This document shows, in pieces, positions 60,363-64,000 of a stretch of 64,000 nucleotides of DNA. Each line of letters begins with the position of its first letter. Within the stretch, counting starts at the first letter, position 1. The stretch is from Patescibacteria group bacterium UBA1406 (lineage in GTDB: Bacteria > Patescibacteriota > Microgenomatia > UBA1406): positions 25,422 through 89,421 of the forward strand of contig DBQA01000006.1 in NCBI GenBank assembly GCA_002305675.1. The letters run 5' to 3'. Under the pieces are notes generated by a model. The model saw only the letters and a list, made by a program, of their open reading frames with translations. It ran no database searches and was not told the DNA's origin. The translations under genes were made by a program, and so were the position numbers.

Positions 60363-62109
60363 TTTGGGCTTTTATCTCATTGATAAACTCGTAAAGGTTC
60401 TTGAGGCCAAGATCCTTGCCCTCCCTGGTCCGAACAGACACGTAGGCCTTGTCTTTGCCTTTCATAGACACCTCTTTCTCACCAATTATACAGATATAGG
60501 GAACCTTTTGCAATGTCCATTCTCTGATTTTTGCCGACAGGGTTTTATTCTCAGCGTCAAAGGCGGTCCTGATCCCAGCTGCCGACATTTCCTGCCGGAC
60601 ATCATTGGCCGCATCCATGAATTTGTCGCTGACGGGGACGACTACGGCCTGATCCGGAGAGAGCCACACAGGGAGTGCCCCGGCGTAATGCTCGAGAAGG
60701 ATCATCATGAACCGCTCCGGGGAACCGACTATCGCCCGGTGGATCATTACCGGCTGTTTACTAGAGCCATCCTTGTCCGTGTATTCAAGGTTGAACCTCT
60801 TGGGCATGAACATGTCTATCTGGACCGTTGACAGCTGCCACTCCCTTCCCAGGGCATCCGTGGCCATGAGGTCCATCTTCGGGGCGTAGAAAGCCGCCTC
60901 TCCTTCGCCCACATAGTAGTCTATCTTATTCCGCTTCATGATCTTTTCCGCCCATTCCTCCACCATGTCCCACTCCTTCGGATCGCCGATGTACTTTTCC
61001 GGATGGTTCTTGTCCCTGACCGACAGGCGGTACCTGTACTTGAATCCGTAGGTCGCCATTATTTTCTTCGTCATGGACAGTGCCCTGTCAATCTCTTCGT
61101 CCACCTGGTCCAACCGGCAGAAAACATGGCAGTCGTCCTGGGAGAACGATCTGACCCGGGACAGACCCGACAGTTCGCCCGGTTTTTCGTCCCGGTACAG
61201 CATGGCGAAATCCGTCATCCGGATGGGCAGGTCGCGGTAGCTCCTGGGCCTGGAAGCATAGATCTGCGTATGCTGGGGACAGTTCATGGGCTTAAGGAAA
61301 AACTCTTCCTCCGAATAATGCGACCTGACCATGAACATATCGTCCTTGTATTTGTCATAGTGCCCGGATACCTTGAAAAGCTCTGCCTTGGCGATCTGGG
61401 GTGTCCACACCTGTCTGTAGCCTTCCGTTGCCTGCACTTCTTCGACGTATTCGTTGATAAGCCGCCGGACCAAAGCCCCCCTGGGGGTGTAGATGGGCAG
61501 TCCACTCCCTACATAATCCGAGAAAGTAAAGAGGTCCAGTTTCTTGCCCAGTTTGCGGTGGTCCCTCTTCCTGGCCTCCTCAAGCTGCCATAAATAGTCT
61601 TTCAGTTCCTTATCGCTCGGAAAGGCGGTCCCGTATATCCGGGTCAGCATTTTTTTCTTCTCATCCCCCCGCCAGTATGCGCCGGCCAGGTTCAAAAGCT
61701 TGAAATGCTTCAACTCCGCCTTTGGATTTACGATGTGTCCGCCTTCGCACAGATCCGCGAACCCACCGGATTTGTAAGCGGTCAGTTTCTGACCGTCCGA
61801 CTCGAACTCTTCTATTAGTTCCTTCTTATACGGGTTCCGACCGAACATTTCCCGGGCCTCTTTTCCGGTCAGTTCAAGCCTCTGGACACTGTCCCATCCC
61901 TTGACTATCTCCCGCATCCTTTGTTCGATCTTTGCCAGATCTTCTTCGGTAACCGGCCGGGGGAAGTCGAAGTCGTAATAGAAACCGTTCTCTATGGCCG
62001 GGCCGATGGCCGGACGTGTTTCAGGCCACAACTCAAGGACGGCCGCCGCCATCAGGTGGGAGGCGGTATGCCTTAAATGCCTGAGATACTCCTGGTTATC
62101 CGTTCTCAT
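60346..62109 (-). CDS. thrS: Threonine--tRNA ligase (no N-terminal TGS domain)
   Basis: The protein starts directly in the editing/SAD region (LRHTASHLMAAAV). Class II catalytic and anticodon-binding domains follow. 587 aa. Confidence 0.95.
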   Translation of the reverse strand: MRTDNQEYLRHLRHTASHLMAAAVLELWPETRPAIGPAIENGFYYDFDFPRPVTEEDLAKIEQRMREIVKGWDSVQRLELTGKEAREMFGRNPYKKELIEEFESDGQKLTAYKSGGFADLCEGGHIVNPKAELKHFKLLNLAGAYWRGDEKKKMLTRIYGTAFPSDKELKDYLWQLEEARKRDHRKLGKKLDLFTFSDYVGSGLPIYTPRGALVRRLINEYVEEVQATEGYRQVWTPQIAKAELFKVSGHYDKYKDDMFMVRSHYSEEEFFLKPMNCPQHTQIYASRPRSYRDLPIRMTDFAMLYRDEKPGELSGLSRVRSFSQDDCHVFCRLDQVDEEIDRALSMTKKIMATYGFKYRYRLSVRDKNHPEKYIGDPKEWDMVEEWAEKIMKRNKIDYYVGEGEAAFYAPKMDLMATDALGREWQLSTVQIDMFMPKRFNLEYTDKDGSSKQPVMIHRAIVGSPERFMMILLEHYAGALPVWLSPDQAVVVPVSDKFMDAANDVRQEMSAAGIRTAFDAENKTLSAKIREWTLQKVPYICIIGEKEVSMKGKDKAYVSVRTREGKDLGLKNLYEFINEIKAQIEKKA

Positions 62110-62244
62110 ATCTTACTATTATAACCCTTGCCGCAAAATTTTAAAACCTTACCCAAATCTTACTACCTTTTTATGCTTATCAGAATTCACCAAACTAACA
62201 TTACGTTAATTTAACAGTTCATAAACGGGGAGACGTTAACAAAT

Positions 62245-62526
62245 ATGCCTGACAAACAACTGACCAGGGAAACTAAATTATTCACCGAGTATGCCGACCG
62301 CAGGCAGCTGAGGATAGTTGTGACCACGGAAGAGGGTGATGACGTCTTCAGGCTCATCAGCGAGATAGCCGAGCTCGCGGAGCGGGAACGCTACTATGCC
62401 GGTGTGAAACTGTTCAAGGATAATACACTGGAAGTCGCAGTTTACCTTGGCAACGATCGCGCTAAAGAGAGACGAGACGAACAGGGATTCGTCCGGCAGA
62501 TAGAGAAGCTGGTCATTAACTCCTGA
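62245..62526 (+). CDS. Hypothetical protein (93 aa)
   Basis: ORF with GGGAG 12 nt upstream. No recognisable motif. Confidence 0.4.
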   Translation: MPDKQLTRETKLFTEYADRRQLRIVVTTEEGDDVFRLISEIAELAERERYYAGVKLFKDNTLEVAVYLGNDRAKERRDEQGFVRQIEKLVINS

Positions 62527-62764
62527 GCACCTGCCTTAATTTCCGGATCAAGAAAGAGGAGACAGCAAGACCCAACACTCCGCCTACCCCTCCCCTGTTG
62601 CGCTGCAGGAATAGAAGCAGGCCGCGCAAGAGGTTATTGGGAAATTTATCTATAGCCCTTTTCAGCGAGATTGCCACTGCGATCAGGCCGGCCAGAAAGC
62701 CGGCCGCGATCAGCATAAAGATAATGCCGACGATATAGAATATGGCTTGGACATCGACTGTCAT
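62516..62764 (-). CDS. Hypothetical small membrane protein (82 aa)
   Basis: One clear N-terminal TM (IFYIVGIIFMLIAAGFLAGLIAVAI). It is co-directional with and 15 nt downstream of the YtxH-like gene. Confidence 0.35.
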   Translation of the reverse strand: MTVDVQAIFYIVGIIFMLIAAGFLAGLIAVAISLKRAIDKFPNNLLRGLLLFLQRNRGGVGGVLGLAVSSFLIRKLRQVLRS

Positions 62765-62779
62765 CGGTCAGAGGGCAAT

Positions 62780-63160
62780 TTAAGCGAACCTTCTTTTTAT
62801 CCTGTCCCAGTCCTCTTCCAGTCTTTCCCTGACCTCCTTGGCTGTGTCATCGTTGACCCTGGCGTCCTCTTTAAGGTCCTCGATAACATCCTTGACCAGC
62901 CGGGTGTAGCGGTTCTTGTCTATCTTTTCCTTGGCAGTGTCCAGCTGCTTGTCCACCTCGTCCCGAACCTCGTAATAGAACTTGGCGGTGCCTGCCTTGG
63001 TCCTGTCCGCCATATCCTTCATCCGCCGGGTGATGTCCTCGCGCGTTTCGCGACCCGATTTGGGGGCCAGAAGCATCCCGAGCGCCCCTCCAATGGCGCT
63101 ACCGATTATCAGGCCAAGTCCGAACTTGGCGGCGTTGTTCCCGTTACCGTTGTTTGTCAT
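62780..63160 (-). CDS. YtxH-domain protein
   Basis: GLGLIIGSAIGGALGMLLAPKSGRETREDI followed by a charged helical region is the YtxH pattern. Confidence 0.7.
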   Translation of the reverse strand: MTNNGNGNNAAKFGLGLIIGSAIGGALGMLLAPKSGRETREDITRRMKDMADRTKAGTAKFYYEVRDEVDKQLDTAKEKIDKNRYTRLVKDVIEDLKEDARVNDDTAKEVRERLEEDWDRIKRRFA

Positions 63161-63262
63161 GGTTTTGCCTTTTAACTTTTAATTGTTACGCCAATCTTAA
63201 GGCAACAGGATAAGTGATCTGTTAAACCGGCGTTAAAGTTCGGTAAGCCCCTGGAGTTTTAG

Positions 63263-63336
63263 TGGCCGCTAATGGACTCGAACCATTGACCTCACGGATG
63301 TAAGCCGTGCGCTCTAACCGACTGAGCTAAGCGGCC
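63263..63336 (-). tRNA. tRNA-Val (anticodon TAC)
   Basis: Hand-folded. The acceptor GGCCGCT pairs with AGCGGCC. The anticodon arm is CACGG-CTTACAT-CCGTG. The T loop is TTCGAGT. The discriminator is A, with no CCA. Confidence 0.9.
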
Positions 63337-63357
63337 GTACTGGGATTAGTATAACAT

Positions 63358-63969
63358 TTAACCCGGAATAGAGGACTGGGTCAGTTCCTTGGACATGGAG
63401 AACTTGGTGCCTTTGCTCTTGGCCATCCGCCAGAATTTTTTCTGCTTCTTTTTCTCGAAAGTGGCCGAAAGCCACATCCTGCCTTCCGAAACTTTCTTTC
63501 TGATGGATTGCAAAAGCTTGATGATGAACTCCAGGAAACGGAGGTGGTAGATACCGGCATCCTTGGGGACCTCGGACATGGTCAGTTTGGTGATGTCGTT
63601 GACGAGCGCCTTGTCTTCAAGCTTTATCTGTTCCACTTCCTTCTTGACCTGTTTGATGAGCTCCTTGATTTCATTGTGAATGCGATTCTTTTCCTGCCTT
63701 TCCATGTAGTTGAAGACGACCTCGGTGCGCCTGACCCTGGTCGGTTCCTTCTTCTCCTCTTTTCTCTTGAAGGGATCGAATCTCTCCGGGGGGGATTGGT
63801 TATCGCCCGGCTCCCAGCCTTTGCCACCAAAGAGCTGCGAACCGAAATCGCTGAAGGAATTTTTGACGGCGTCCTTGGAATTGGACCAGAAGTCATCAGA
63901 GAAGGATTCGAAAGTGTTCTTTATCTCTTTTAAGACACCCCCCTTGGCGTTCTTATGCGCTGTCTTCAT
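63358..63969 (-). CDS. Hypothetical charged/coiled-coil protein (203 aa)
   Basis: Long ORF with coding-like composition. The middle is Lys/Glu-rich. No motif I can name with confidence. Confidence 0.45.
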   Translation of the reverse strand: MKTAHKNAKGGVLKEIKNTFESFSDDFWSNSKDAVKNSFSDFGSQLFGGKGWEPGDNQSPPERFDPFKRKEEKKEPTRVRRTEVVFNYMERQEKNRIHNEIKELIKQVKKEVEQIKLEDKALVNDITKLTMSEVPKDAGIYHLRFLEFIIKLLQSIRKKVSEGRMWLSATFEKKKQKKFWRMAKSKGTKFSMSKELTQSSIPG

Positions 63970-64000
63970 AATCGACTAGTATACTATAGGTCGCCTAAAA

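Noticed and set aside
58370-61593. Plus-strand ORFs 58370..59017, 58995..59486, 59760..60281, 60052..60831 and 61003..61593
   Set aside because: All are antisense to the pheS/rplT/rpmI/infC/thrS operon. They are typical shadow frames of moderately GC-rich coding DNA.
62110-62244. T-box riboswitch or operator leader upstream of thrS (and pheS at 59261..59278)
   Set aside because: The available non-coding space is too short: the -10 box is 8 nt from the thrS ATG, and only 18 nt precede pheS. No specifier/antiterminator-like helices were seen.
1-64000. CRISPR arrays, rRNA genes, IS elements with terminal inverted repeats
   Set aside because: Scanning by eye found no regularly spaced repeat-spacer structure, no rRNA-like conserved blocks and no transposase ORFs. 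A computational repeat search would be needed to exclude short or degenerate arrays.

Overview
This 64-kb window looks like part of a small bacterial genome, possibly of the CPR/Patescibacteria type. That assignment is an inference from a very short EF-Ts, extended ribosomal proteins, a large type IV pilus locus and many GT-C membrane glycosyltransferases. The backbone is about 50% GC, judged from hand-sampled lines rather than computed. It carries standard housekeeping blocks: rpsB-tsf, secE-nusG-rplK-rplA, thrS-infC-rpmI-rplT-pheS-pheT, rpmF-nusB-rnc-rpsP, glyA, recG, a class A PBP and galU. Five tRNAs are present: Gln-TTG, His-GTG, Arg-TCT, Arg-TCG and Val-TAC. A 13.6-kb type IV pilus locus (36.9-50.5 kb) holds nine prepilin genes, pilMN(O), pilD, pilBTC and an embedded DUF2723-like glycosyltransferase. 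Between about 5.3 and 19.4 kb lies a visibly AT-richer accessory island that abuts the 3' end of tRNA-Gln. One half is a tightly coupled minus-strand array hsdM-hsdS-[CD-NTase-like]-[2TM beta-rich effector]-hsdR-ygjP, which I read as a minimal CBASS-like pair nested inside a type I R-M operon. The other half carries a tyrosine integrase, an MgsA-C-like protein, several small unknown ORFs and a large serine recombinase whose ORF runs 60 nt into the antisense tRNA-Gln. The nested defence array is the most interesting item. Other points are a recurring TATAAT-N6-8-ATG (apparently leaderless) gene start, an HTH-HsdM fusion with phased repeats upstream, a GT4/PIG-L/CelD-like triad and cysteine-rich pilin paralogs. 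I saw no CRISPR array and no rRNA. All family assignments come from motif recognition by eye, with no database searches.
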